A stretch of 64,000 bases of DNA. Source: a virus. The position numbers and the translations under genes were made by a program. Positions 9,820 to 20,365 of the stretch are shown in pieces; position 1 is the stretch's first letter, and every line of letters starts with the position of its first letter. Under the pieces are notes generated by a model. That model did no database searches. It worked only from the letters and a program-made list of their open reading frames with translations, and was not told the origin of the DNA. Location: positions 19,455 through 83,454 of the IMG/VR virus record IMGVR_UViG_3300042502_000941; one strand, given 5' to 3'.

Positions 9820-11828
9820 TGTGTAATATCAATAGAACCGTTAATATCTATATCCTCAAGTCGTCTAAAAGATTTTTTATAACTCCTCAACAAAATTTTA
9901 TTTTGATCATATAGATTGTTTTCGATTTCGTAAAAGTTATCATTTTCAAAATCATTTGCTAAATAGAAGCAAACTTTATCTGATACATTGTATGTATGAT
10001 AATTCTCCATTGTTCCGTTCTTTTTTATTATTATCTCATTTATTCTATCATCTACTTTATTATTAATATAAGTTAAAACGCCAAACTTATTTATATTCTT
10101 CATTCTCAGTACAGATAGATATTCTACCATCGAGAATAAATTATTCTTACTATTACTTAAATAAGTTTCTTCGTTGTTTGTATAATCTATGTGTAAATCA
10201 TTTTTATAAGAAATTAGTTTGTTATAATAAAATTGTTCTAATCCATTTGAAATATTCTTTTTAGTAACAAAATCCATATAATCATCCGGCGTATAATATT
10301 TGAATTTTTCCAAAAAGAATTGAGTATTAATTCCATGGAACACTGTCTTAAATGTATCTCCCTCTAATGCTTTATCATAAAAAAAGAATGCTTTTTTATT
10401 AATCAGGATATCATCAACGTCATATAACTTTGAAAAATCTAAATCTGAAATAATCATATCATAATTAAAGCAAATTGCATTTTTATATCCAATTTTATTT
10501 GCTAGAGATATACCGTTATAATAGTTTATTAATACAGCGAGTCCATGATAGTTGTCACAATCCGATGGTGGAAAGTATAAACTAATTTTAGTGTTATTTA
10601 AATCGTATGTCCACCTATTATAGAAGTTGTGTTTTAAAATAGGATTATTTGCATCATAAACATAGTGATCAGCTGCTTTTTGTAAATTCACACTAGCTGG
10701 ATAATGTGATGACAATAATACTTTATACCCAGCTTTTTTAGCTTGATTAATTGATTCTAGTGTCGTATCTTCAACAGCTTTAAAATTTGGATGCGTTGAT
10801 ATAATAACTACTGTATCTTTACTTGATGTTTTGTTAGAAATTAAATTAACCACTTCCAAATCTGAATTCATCCCCAATTTATTTTTTATAAGTTTTACAT
10901 TGCGGTTAAAATTGGTTTCATCCAAATACTTTATATTTTCAAACACATTATATCGGTTGAGATAAACAGGCAAATTATATAATAGCGATGGTATATTATA
11001 AGAGATAGCTTCTTTAATTACAATTGGAGCTGTTTCTTTATCGGTAGCGTGTCCTCTACTAGTGAATAAAAACAAATCCATACAACTATAGAAGTTCTCT
11101 ACATCTTTTCTTTCACCCCAGACTTTTACGTTGGATGGTAAATTTTCTAATATAGGCTGCCAATATGTTTTAAAGTTGTCGGCCATATTACCCAAACAAT
11201 GAAATTGAACGTTTTCATTTTCCATTGCTCGAGCGTATTCTACAAATTCTTTTTGATTTTTCCGTGGCGTAAATAATCCGACATGCAATACATGTTTTTT
11301 AGTTTCATCCAATCCCAAAAAGTTTAGTCCCTCCGTTCTATTTTTTCTACGTTTAACTGCAATTGGATACTCAATAACCGCCGTGTTTACATTTAACGAT
11401 TCAAGATTTTGTTTTTGATAATTACTTACAAAAGTAAACTGATCTGGAAAAACTCTTTTTTTCTTAGGATCAAAGCTGCTATCGTGTGATGTTTCAACGA
11501 TCAGATATTCTCTATCTTTATTATACAATTTAGTCGCTAAATTAACATCCATAAAATACTCTGGCATTTCTTCAAGATGAATAATATCAGGCTTTATGTC
11601 ATCTATTAGTTTAAATAATTCAAACTTGTTTGACGAGAGTGTGTAAAATCTTCCTCCGCATATTTTTTGAAGTTGTTTTCGTTGTACAACCAAAACCCCT
11701 CCCGTAATATCATCATATTCCACACAATATATTTCATAATCATTTATCAATGATTGTATCTTTTTTAACAAAAACTGAGGCAATCCGCCAGTGGAAAGAT
11801 GTGGCGCTATAAACAATATTTTTTTCAT
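9816..11828 (-). CDS. GT4-family glycosyltransferase with an unknown C-terminal domain
   Basis: PHLSTGGLPQ, HVGLFTPRKNQ, DLFLFTS...ETAPIVIKEAISY. Confidence 0.85.
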   Translation of the reverse strand: MKKILFIAPHLSTGGLPQFLLKKIQSLINDYEIYCVEYDDITGGVLVVQRKQLQKICGGRFYTLSSNKFELFKLIDDIKPDIIHLEEMPEYFMDVNLATKLYNKDREYLIVETSHDSSFDPKKKRVFPDQFTFVSNYQKQNLESLNVNTAVIEYPIAVKRRKNRTEGLNFLGLDETKKHVLHVGLFTPRKNQKEFVEYARAMENENVQFHCLGNMADNFKTYWQPILENLPSNVKVWGERKDVENFYSCMDLFLFTSRGHATDKETAPIVIKEAISYNIPSLLYNLPVYLNRYNVFENIKYLDETNFNRNVKLIKNKLGMNSDLEVVNLISNKTSSKDTVVIISTHPNFKAVEDTTLESINQAKKAGYKVLLSSHYPASVNLQKAADHYVYDANNPILKHNFYNRWTYDLNNTKISLYFPPSDCDNYHGLAVLINYYNGISLANKIGYKNAICFNYDMIISDLDFSKLYDVDDILINKKAFFFYDKALEGDTFKTVFHGINTQFFLEKFKYYTPDDYMDFVTKKNISNGLEQFYYNKLISYKNDLHIDYTNNEETYLSNSKNNLFSMVEYLSVLRMKNINKFGVLTYINNKVDDRINEIIIKKNGTMENYHTYNVSDKVCFYLANDFENDNFYEIENNLYDQNKILLRSYKKSFRRLEDIDINGSIDITQ

Positions 11829-11831
11829 AAT

Positions 11832-12794
11832 TTACTTGTTGAGATAGATCGCATTCATATGTGATAGATTATGATCCAAAGCATTTTCTTTGTGAATCAA
11901 TTTATATCCTAAATTTTTAAATCTATTAATTATCTTTGGAACATTTATACCATCGTTGTAATGAAATTCAAAAAATATACTATGGACATTTTTAAAAAAT
12001 TCGTTGCTCGTACTTTCAAAAAATGTATATTCAGCTCCTTCAATATCAATTTTAAAATATGTTGGTAATTCCAAGTTATTATTTGCTACAAATTTTTCTA
12101 AATTAATAGCATCCACTTCAAATGTACCTGTATCACTAATCTTGGATCCTACCGTCCATTCTGTAGTACCAAATTTTACTTTTTTAAAAGTACCATCGAT
12201 TGCATTATTAAATGTCGTTACATTTTTTCCATACTTATCTAAGTTATAATTCAAATATCCAAAAATCTCTGGATGTGGTTCAAATGCATATATTTTTTTA
12301 ACATTATAATTAGAGCACGCAATTGAGAATGATCCTATGTTAGCTCCTAAATCATAAACAATATCGTTATCTTTTATTTTGAAATTATCTAAAAAATAAT
12401 CATCATTAAAAAAAGTATGATATGGTTGATATGTAACATCGCCATCTTTAGATTTTAAATCTAAACATCTAAACTTTTTAGATCCGTGATAATTTTTACT
12501 AAACAAAAGATTATTATTATTTACGTCGGTTATTTCTATGGAAAAACCAGGATGAGTTTTATTAAATACATCTTTTATGAAAAATAAACGACGTTCATAC
12601 GTCCACAAATCATAACCGACTGTGCAATGATGGTACAATAAATGTGATATGAGATTGGAATCTAAACTTCTAATTGTTATTAAGAATTCGCAATTAGTAT
12701 TGATATCACTTATAGTTTGAAATAATCCATCTTCCGAAATTTCAATAGTTATATTTCCGAATTTTTCTAGATAAATTGTATCTGATAATGACAT
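11832..12794 (-). CDS. FkbM-family methyltransferase
   Basis: VYDLGANIGSFS, YAFEPHP, FKIDIEGAE. Confidence 0.9.
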   Translation of the reverse strand: MSLSDTIYLEKFGNITIEISEDGLFQTISDINTNCEFLITIRSLDSNLISHLLYHHCTVGYDLWTYERRLFFIKDVFNKTHPGFSIEITDVNNNNLLFSKNYHGSKKFRCLDLKSKDGDVTYQPYHTFFNDDYFLDNFKIKDNDIVYDLGANIGSFSIACSNYNVKKIYAFEPHPEIFGYLNYNLDKYGKNVTTFNNAIDGTFKKVKFGTTEWTVGSKISDTGTFEVDAINLEKFVANNNLELPTYFKIDIEGAEYTFFESTSNEFFKNVHSIFFEFHYNDGINVPKIINRFKNLGYKLIHKENALDHNLSHMNAIYLNK

Positions 12795-12795
12795 A

Positions 12796-15700
12796 TTAAA
12801 TATATACTACTTTACTAAACCCATTATCTTTTTTTATTTCTATTTGATTATCAACCATATCACGCATTTGATCCAAATGACTGATTACCCAAATAAAATC
12901 AAATTGATGTTTTAAATAGTTAAATAACGCACCCATTTGACCCAAATGATCACTGTCAGCACATCCGAAACCTTCGTCGATACAAATGATATTTGGTCTT
13001 GGTAAATTGCTAATATTAATCAATGCGACTCTAATGGCTAGACCACTCACAAACTTCTCCATACCACTAGCCATTTCAAGAGGCCACTGACGATCATCAT
13101 ATACGATATTAGTCATAATGTTCTTACCATCAGTTTGGAGTGTAATTGTAAATTCGACCAACTGTTGAAGAATGTTATTAACTTCTTTTTCAATTTCCGG
13201 TAGAGTTTTAGTTATGATTTCATATGGAATGCCGTCACGACTAACAACAGTTGTGTAATGTTTAAAAGATTCATAACTAGATTCAAGGTCTTTTACTTTT
13301 TGTAACTGATCGGTTACATTTTTATATTGCAATTCAAGTCTTCCTTTTTCAGTGGAAGATGAAAACAACTTTGAATTAATAGACTTAATATTTGTGTCTA
13401 GGTTTTTAATTATATCTTTTTGAACCCCTATTTCTTTCAATGTGGTATTATTATTTTCAATAATATCTTTATTTGTATAAAAAATATTAATATTATCAGT
13501 TACACTTTTGACCGTAGCTTGAATTTTAATTAGATCATTTTCTAATTTAAGAATTGTATTTGAAATTATACTTCTAGTTTTGTCAAAATTTACTTTTTCT
13601 AGATTTATCTTCTGACATTCTTTGAATTTGGATTCCACGTCACCACACCCATCCAAAGCCAACTTTAATGCATTGTATTCATCAAAAATAATTTTGGCTT
13701 TAGACTTATCATTATCTAATTCAGCTTTAACTTTAATTGCATCTTTTACGAATACGTTATTAACACAATATGAACAATTTGGATCGTATTTATGATCCTC
13801 TAATTTTTTTAATTTGTCCATTTTATTTTTTACAACGATCTTGAGATTATTCAATTCATTGGTTTTATTATCAAAATTTTGTTTGACCTGTTTGTAACTA
13901 TCATAATCTTGATCAATGTTTTCACAGTTTGATAGTGAAAAAGATAATGCTGAAATCTTTACTTCAATGTCTTTCAATTTATCTTTTTGATTTTTGACAT
14001 TAACATTAGTCTGTTCAATCTGACTTTCAATCTTAATCTTATCACTTTCCAAGTCTGAAATATTAAAATCAAAACTTACTGTTTTGGTGATATTATTAGA
14101 CAGTTCCAGTAACATATTGTTATGGGACTCTTTCAACAATTCGTGTTTCTTTATTTCTTCATTATACTCTGTGATTTTAGTATTATTATAATCTATACTA
14201 CCAGATACAACTTCTAATTCCTGAATAAGTTGATCTTTGCTAATATTCTTTAATAATATATTTGTTTCCTTAAACTTATCATTTGCAATTGTATAAAGTT
14301 GGTCGAATACATCCAATCCCATAAACTGACATAAAAGATCTTTGCGTTCTGTTTGACCCAAGTCGATAAATGATCCAACTTTGCTGTTTTGAATACTCAG
14401 TACAGTAAGAATAAAGTCTTCATATGTACCAACATAATCTCTAATGATGTCATTAGTACTACGCCGAGCTTCGCCGTTCAAAGGAGATTCATTTCCATTC
14501 TCCATCTTATAGAATTTAACTTCTACTTTAACATTTCCTTTTTTATCAGCCTTACCTTCACGTTGGATGAAATAATCAATTCCGTTTACTTCAAAATTAA
14601 ACTTACAACGAAAACTCATTTTCTGAGTATTTAATACGTGAACAGCTTTGTACCCTTTGCTGAATTTGTCAAATATACAAAACGCCAATGCATCCATAAT
14701 ACTCGATTTACCACTAGCATTTGGTGCAAATAGTCCAATAGTACCATTCAATTTAGCAAAATCAATTACATTTCCTTCGCCGTAACTGAACATATTATCA
14801 AACTCAAATTTCTTTGGTTTCCACCGAATGTTCTTGGGAGCTTTATCTTTGGGTACTTCTTTATTGATAGTCTTATTGAGATCCTTTACCATCTCAATTA
14901 CAGATTTATCAATGTTTTTAGATATCAAATTATCTTCAATTAACTTGTTTTGATAATCAACATCGAAAATATTATGTATATCAAATGATTTACCTGAATT
15001 TAAATTTATATCATTTAACGCATCATCTGCTCTAACATATGTAGTTTCAATGAGAGTAGATTTACACTTGAGATCATTTACAACCTCTTTTACCTGTGAC
15101 GGAATAGATTCACGACAAATGATTCGAAGAGTAACTTTTTTAGGAATATCAGAAATATCGGTAATTAACTTGCCTTTATCTACTTCAACCGTATAATACC
15201 CATATTCATTTACAAGTTCATAATGCTTATAAGTCTTATGATTTAGATTCCATATAAGTAATCCGTGTCCTTTGAGGTCTTCACCGTGATTTTGTTGAAT
15301 CATAGATCCAGCATACACAATAACGGGTAATGATTCATCTTCGTTGTACTCTTGTAACATTTGATGTTTATGAATATCACCAAGCATAGCAATATGATGT
15401 CCATTAAATGTTTCATTTGTAACGGATCTATTATTAACCGTATAACCAATGTCGGTTACAGCATTATATACTGGTCCGTGAAACAAAGCGATGTGGTGAT
15501 CTGTTTCGTCACGATATTTAGTTGGAATGTCCGTATATTTAATATATTTTTCAGGCGCATCCCAATCAAAAACACTGAGATTATTAAACAAAATATTTTC
15601 GTAACGATAAACATCTGTCTTTTTTAGATAATATAAATTGGGATGATTTAACGCATCAACAATTGGTGTAATACAATCTAATCTGGATTTATTAGCAAGA

Positions 15701-15987
15701 GTAGCATCGTGATTTCCAGCTGTCAAAATTACAGGAACTCTATCAGCACAACTTTTTAGAAAATCACTTCCTAGTTTGACACACTCAGGACTTAGATCGG
15801 ATTTATTGTGAAACAAATCTCCAGCAATTACCAGAATAGCGTCTAATGTTTTTGCTTTGTCCAACGCTTTATAGAGCTTCTCAAATACCAAAGTATACTC
15901 ATCGTGACGTTTTGTTAAACGAATATGAATATCAGCAATATGAATCACTGAATTAATTTTTTTATCCGTGCGTTTTAATACAATCAT
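12796..15987 (-). CDS. Fused Mre11/SbcD nuclease and Rad50/SbcC ATPase (gp47+gp46-like)
   Basis: IADIH, AGDLFH, GNHD, LGDIH metallophosphoesterase motifs, then APNASGKSS (Walker A), CSYC zinc hook, ASGMEK signature, ICIDEGFG (Walker B), ISH. Confidence 0.92.
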   Translation of the reverse strand: MIVLKRTDKKINSVIHIADIHIRLTKRHDEYTLVFEKLYKALDKAKTLDAILVIAGDLFHNKSDLSPECVKLGSDFLKSCADRVPVILTAGNHDATLANKSRLDCITPIVDALNHPNLYYLKKTDVYRYENILFNNLSVFDWDAPEKYIKYTDIPTKYRDETDHHIALFHGPVYNAVTDIGYTVNNRSVTNETFNGHHIAMLGDIHKHQMLQEYNEDESLPVIVYAGSMIQQNHGEDLKGHGLLIWNLNHKTYKHYELVNEYGYYTVEVDKGKLITDISDIPKKVTLRIICRESIPSQVKEVVNDLKCKSTLIETTYVRADDALNDINLNSGKSFDIHNIFDVDYQNKLIEDNLISKNIDKSVIEMVKDLNKTINKEVPKDKAPKNIRWKPKKFEFDNMFSYGEGNVIDFAKLNGTIGLFAPNASGKSSIMDALAFCIFDKFSKGYKAVHVLNTQKMSFRCKFNFEVNGIDYFIQREGKADKKGNVKVEVKFYKMENGNESPLNGEARRSTNDIIRDYVGTYEDFILTVLSIQNSKVGSFIDLGQTERKDLLCQFMGLDVFDQLYTIANDKFKETNILLKNISKDQLIQELEVVSGSIDYNNTKITEYNEEIKKHELLKESHNNMLLELSNNITKTVSFDFNISDLESDKIKIESQIEQTNVNVKNQKDKLKDIEVKISALSFSLSNCENIDQDYDSYKQVKQNFDNKTNELNNLKIVVKNKMDKLKKLEDHKYDPNCSYCVNNVFVKDAIKVKAELDNDKSKAKIIFDEYNALKLALDGCGDVESKFKECQKINLEKVNFDKTRSIISNTILKLENDLIKIQATVKSVTDNINIFYTNKDIIENNNTTLKEIGVQKDIIKNLDTNIKSINSKLFSSSTEKGRLELQYKNVTDQLQKVKDLESSYESFKHYTTVVSRDGIPYEIITKTLPEIEKEVNNILQQLVEFTITLQTDGKNIMTNIVYDDRQWPLEMASGMEKFVSGLAIRVALINISNLPRPNIICIDEGFGCADSDHLGQMGALFNYLKHQFDFIWVISHLDQMRDMVDNQIEIKKDNGFSKVVYI

Positions 15988-16895
15988 AGTTTAACCATTA
16001 ATTTAAATTTATATAGTAGACTCTCATCCATTCTAACACCGCTGTGTATGGTTTGCCAAGTCTTTTCGTGACCTAATTCATTTGGATCCTTACCATCAGG
16101 CCGAATCAAATAAGTTTCTATATTATTCTCAAGTAAAAAATCACAAATTCTCAGACTCGATGTTAACGCGTCGTTATCCAACAGTACATTTACTCTGGGT
16201 GGTTTATTTTCTATCAACTTCATTCTGAGTGTTTTGGATAAAGTTTTACCAAAAAGGGGTATCGCATTATATTTTACGGACATAGCATCAAATACGCCTT
16301 CAACCAATGTAATCGGTTGATTAAAATCTGTAAATAACTCAAATCCTATAATATCCTTGCTACCATCACATAATCTATATTTTAGATAACCATCACAAAA
16401 TGATCTACCGCAGTAAAAGTTAAGTTTTCCCACTGAGTCATATGATGGTATAATAACCCTATTAATAAATGCACCACTATTACAATATCCAATATTATAT
16501 CTAACTATATCAAGTGTAGTTATGTTTCGATTTAAACAATAACTTAAAGCACGTTTATATTCAATATCACTATTTGATTTACATAAAGGTTTAAATTCAT
16601 CGGGTAAATTTAGTATCTTTTTTTCTTCTTTTACTACAAAGTCATTTCGTTTTGGCGCATCTTTACACAAAATGTCATAATATTCTTTAGAGGCTTTTAC
16701 TTTTTTAAGAAGACTATAAAAACTTTTCCCACTAAAATTACAGACCCAACATTGATAAAACCCAGTTTTGGTGTTTATATTTAACTTCCGTTTATGATGT
16801 TTGCAGTTGGGACAAAAAACAATAATTTCTTCACCTCCCTTTTGGACGCGAACCTTTTGTTTAAATAATCTTGATAAAGTGTCAACCACAGTCAT
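15984..16895 (-). CDS. DNA primase (Zn finger + Toprim)
   Basis: CPNCKH...CWVC, RVIIP, LVEGVFDA, LLDNDA, KDPNE. Confidence 0.9.
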   Translation of the reverse strand: MTVVDTLSRLFKQKVRVQKGGEEIIVFCPNCKHHKRKLNINTKTGFYQCWVCNFSGKSFYSLLKKVKASKEYYDILCKDAPKRNDFVVKEEKKILNLPDEFKPLCKSNSDIEYKRALSYCLNRNITTLDIVRYNIGYCNSGAFINRVIIPSYDSVGKLNFYCGRSFCDGYLKYRLCDGSKDIIGFELFTDFNQPITLVEGVFDAMSVKYNAIPLFGKTLSKTLRMKLIENKPPRVNVLLDNDALTSSLRICDFLLENNIETYLIRPDGKDPNELGHEKTWQTIHSGVRMDESLLYKFKLMVKL

Positions 16896-16924
16896 TTTAA
16901 ACACTATAACACAGATTTTTCGAT

Positions 16925-17437
16925 TTACAACTTTTTATATAAAGAACAAACTATTCCATCGTACATATCACCATTTCGTGCATCCCAATTGCCTTTTTTA
17001 TTTAATACAGTAAATTTGGTAACAGCAGGTAATATCTTTTCGAGTTCTATTTTCACAAAATCTTTTGATTTAACCCCTTTAATTCTACACTTGCCAAACA
17101 ACTGTTTGCGTATAGTGTTAACAGACAATAAATTTACTTTGATTTTGAAGTGTTCTTCGATAATGTAAGCAAACACTGCATTGTGACGGGCTAATGTGAT
17201 AATAACTTGTTGTGATGTAAATCCGCCGGCAAAACCACTAAGAGCAGCTTCTAAATTAATGTCGGTAACATCTTTAATTAACTGATTTTTTTCCAATTCG
17301 GATATAACAAAGTAAGTTTTTTCTTTTGTAGTTTCAAACTTTTTTGTATCTATATAGCCAGCATCTAAGACGTTTCCGTCTTTACTAAATGCCCACCCTG
17401 TAACTGATGTAGATGAATCTAAACCTAATATAACCAT
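16925..17437 (-). CDS. RuvC-like Holliday junction resolvase
   Basis: ILGLDSSTSVTGWA, INLE, DMYDGIV. Confidence 0.8.
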   Translation of the reverse strand: MVILGLDSSTSVTGWAFSKDGNVLDAGYIDTKKFETTKEKTYFVISELEKNQLIKDVTDINLEAALSGFAGGFTSQQVIITLARHNAVFAYIIEEHFKIKVNLLSVNTIRKQLFGKCRIKGVKSKDFVKIELEKILPAVTKFTVLNKKGNWDARNGDMYDGIVCSLYKKL

Positions 17438-17449
17438 TTAAAATACATA

Positions 17450-17758
17450 TCAACGGAAATATCGTTTCGTATTAAATCCTGGCAAGGTGTCAACGTAATT
17501 CAACGCTTCTTTATTAAAATTTACTTCTTGATTGTCGATTGATGTAAGAAATCCTGGATTAACTGTATATTTGCGAGATTTTTGTGAATAACCCATTTCT
17601 CCTTGTAATCCATCCAACATAGTACCACCTGGTATAAATCTTGTAGCTTTATATGCATTAAACGTACCGCCAGCTTTTTGTTTGGCTAGAAATCTAGCTT
17701 CCAAGCTGGTCTTTAATGATTCACGGTCGATTACTTTTGCGTCTGGTGATGTTGCCAT
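17450..17758 (-). CDS. Hypothetical protein
   Basis: 102-aa ORF preceded by TATTTATT. Confidence 0.7.
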   Translation of the reverse strand: MATSPDAKVIDRESLKTSLEARFLAKQKAGGTFNAYKATRFIPGGTMLDGLQGEMGYSQKSRKYTVNPGFLTSIDNQEVNFNKEALNYVDTLPGFNTKRYFR

Positions 17759-17787
17759 ATATTTGTTTTATTATATAATAAATATAA

Positions 17788-20364
17788 TTAAGTATCCCAT
17801 TTAACAGAAATATTTATTGGAATTTCACCCGTATTTTTAATTGGGTGTGCTAATTTAGCTACTGCGACCAGATCACATCCACTGTATAATCCGACGGTGG
17901 TTATATATGGCGCTAAATAAGATCCCGTTGGATCAATTGATGAACTATATTGATAATTGAAAAATGGTTGTTTGACATAATTCTTAATTGATTTACCTGT
18001 TTGATTGTCTAAGAATCTAATGATATCATCATAATTATTACGATTACTTAATGTGGACAAATAAGATTTATAGTTAGTGAAATTTAATTTTTCGATGAAA
18101 TACTTCCACATCATTTTACCATCGTTAACATCCACTCTACCATTACTGTCTATGTCCAAATTCTTTTCGGCTAATAGATTTTTTAAAGTTGGGGTTAATA
18201 GATTTGTATTGTAGTCTGAATAAGATGATGTATAAAACCCAAAGATATTCTGTTCTACATCATTGGATATCATATTCAAATACCACTTTTCAGAACCTGG
18301 GACAGTATTCTTGTAGTTTATATATCTTAAAATGATGTCCAAATTTTCAAAGTTAAATGTGCTTTTGTTAAATACACAATAATTTATAAGAGATGAAGTT
18401 GTAGATGTAGGATTAGTGGATATATTAAATTCACCAGGTATTATTGTGCAAATATATTGTTTCTCATAAGATGTTATGAGTGTTCTGTAATCCATATACA
18501 AAGATGGTTGATTTGGATCGACAGGATCTCTTGTTAATAGATTCAATACGCTACCTGTATTATTCAAAATCAAACTATTATTGTTATAAAAAATATTGCC
18601 AACTGGATAATTTGTCTTTAAGTCAGAACTATCGTATATATAAGCTTTACCAACGATGTCAGTGTATGTATCAGACTCCATCTGCAATGCAATTTTTGCT
18701 TTGATGCTACCACTACCATAAACCGTATCTTCTATTTGAAAATATACAACATCAGCCGATTCAGTACAGTTCTCAGGATTAAATGATGATGTATTTATAT
18801 AACTTGGATCATTATAACTACCCGATTCGGTTATCAATGGAATGCTTAAATACAAATCGTTATTTAGTGGAATTGGGGATCCAACTATCAAATTTGGTTC
18901 TGATAAAGCTACTGAATATCCAAATGCGCTAAATGGTTTATTATACTCTTTTCGTTTGGCAATAGGATCTGTGGTAATCGGTGTTACGACGGAATTGCTA
19001 ACATTGTAATATAAACACTGACCGCAATAACTTGATTCTCCATAATCATTTACATCATAGAATTTATCGTAATATTTAACTGAACTAGAAATATAAAGCG
19101 AACTAAATGGGAAATATGGTTTAGGCGAACCAATTAACACTTTATTATTGTGAGTCGAAACTGAATATCCCATCATATTATCTTTGAAAGTTATTTCATC
19201 ACCGTAAAGTTTTTTAATAAACAGATACTGATTGGATCCTGTTGGACACAGTCCGTTTTCATAAATATAAGTCGCTCCTCTTTGTCTCAGTGTCGTAGAT
19301 CCTGAATATTCATAGTATAAAAGATCATTGGGCGAACCCACGGTTAAAACATTTTTATGTAAAGATACAGAATAACCAAATCTATTTTTTTTCTGAGCGG
19401 CCGACAAACTTCCAGATGGATATAAATCAAATTCAAAACCTTCCAATTTCAAATATTCAGATCCTGTTATATTTTGGAATCTCTGAGATAGATGCCAACC
19501 GCCGGATCCAGATGTAAATAAAAATACTTTGCTAGCTGATACTTGGTTAGACCCAACCACCAACTTATCTTCACTATATTTGTCTATACAAACACTAAAT
19601 CCAAACGACGATTGATATGGGTCTAAAATAATACTACTACTTAATTTTTGTACCAAATCGTAGTTATTATTTACATTCTTAAAAACATAAACGCATCCTC
19701 TACCATTATTATAGCCAGGCGCGCCGACCGCTAAATAATTGTTTGAAATACTAACAGATTTGCCAAATTGAGAATTTATGGATGATGTTAAATAAGCAAT
19801 TGGAGTTGAGCTTATTTGATAAGTACTTGTAGTTTCTTTAGTAAACTCATTAGATTTATCTGTTATACGTCCGTTTTCATATATATAGTTTGGGTCTATT
19901 TCGTATATATTTACTTGATTTTGTGTGAAGAAATGTCTAGTATCAAGACTTTGACTTAGTGAAATATCACTCGCTGCGAGAAAATAATCACTAACATCTA
20001 AAGATTCTCCATATTTGCTTTGATAAACAAATCTACTTTGATCTTCAATTGTTAAATAACTGCAGGATGAATCTATGTTTGGTAAACTACCGCTATTAGC
20101 GATTAAAGAACTTGTATTTACCATACTACTACTTTGTTCGGTATAATATGGGGTAAACAAATTTAAATTTTCGTTTACTAAAGTTTTAATTACTTCATAA
20201 TTTGATTGAAATTGATTTTTACGAATTAAAAATATTTGACCTTTGCGAGAAAACCCCTCTGAATAATCCCAGTTTTTAGTTGGTGGGTTTCCTATTGCTA
20301 TTATACTGCCATTAGTAGCAACAGCGGATCCGTATCGTTCGTTATATATGTTAATTAAACTCAT
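17788..20364 (-). CDS. Virion/baseplate protein with FG-GAP beta-propeller repeats
   Basis: Repeated FGKSVSISNNYLAVGAP, FGYSVSL...VGSP, FGYSVAL...VGSP. C-terminal YITTVGLY...LVAVAKL. Confidence 0.8.
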   Translation of the reverse strand: MSLINIYNERYGSAVATNGSIIAIGNPPTKNWDYSEGFSRKGQIFLIRKNQFQSNYEVIKTLVNENLNLFTPYYTEQSSSMVNTSSLIANSGSLPNIDSSCSYLTIEDQSRFVYQSKYGESLDVSDYFLAASDISLSQSLDTRHFFTQNQVNIYEIDPNYIYENGRITDKSNEFTKETTSTYQISSTPIAYLTSSINSQFGKSVSISNNYLAVGAPGYNNGRGCVYVFKNVNNNYDLVQKLSSSIILDPYQSSFGFSVCIDKYSEDKLVVGSNQVSASKVFLFTSGSGGWHLSQRFQNITGSEYLKLEGFEFDLYPSGSLSAAQKKNRFGYSVSLHKNVLTVGSPNDLLYYEYSGSTTLRQRGATYIYENGLCPTGSNQYLFIKKLYGDEITFKDNMMGYSVSTHNNKVLIGSPKPYFPFSSLYISSSVKYYDKFYDVNDYGESSYCGQCLYYNVSNSVVTPITTDPIAKRKEYNKPFSAFGYSVALSEPNLIVGSPIPLNNDLYLSIPLITESGSYNDPSYINTSSFNPENCTESADVVYFQIEDTVYGSGSIKAKIALQMESDTYTDIVGKAYIYDSSDLKTNYPVGNIFYNNNSLILNNTGSVLNLLTRDPVDPNQPSLYMDYRTLITSYEKQYICTIIPGEFNISTNPTSTTSSLINYCVFNKSTFNFENLDIILRYINYKNTVPGSEKWYLNMISNDVEQNIFGFYTSSYSDYNTNLLTPTLKNLLAEKNLDIDSNGRVDVNDGKMMWKYFIEKLNFTNYKSYLSTLSNRNNYDDIIRFLDNQTGKSIKNYVKQPFFNYQYSSSIDPTGSYLAPYITTVGLYSGCDLVAVAKLAHPIKNTGEIPINISVKWDT

Positions 20365-20365
20365 A

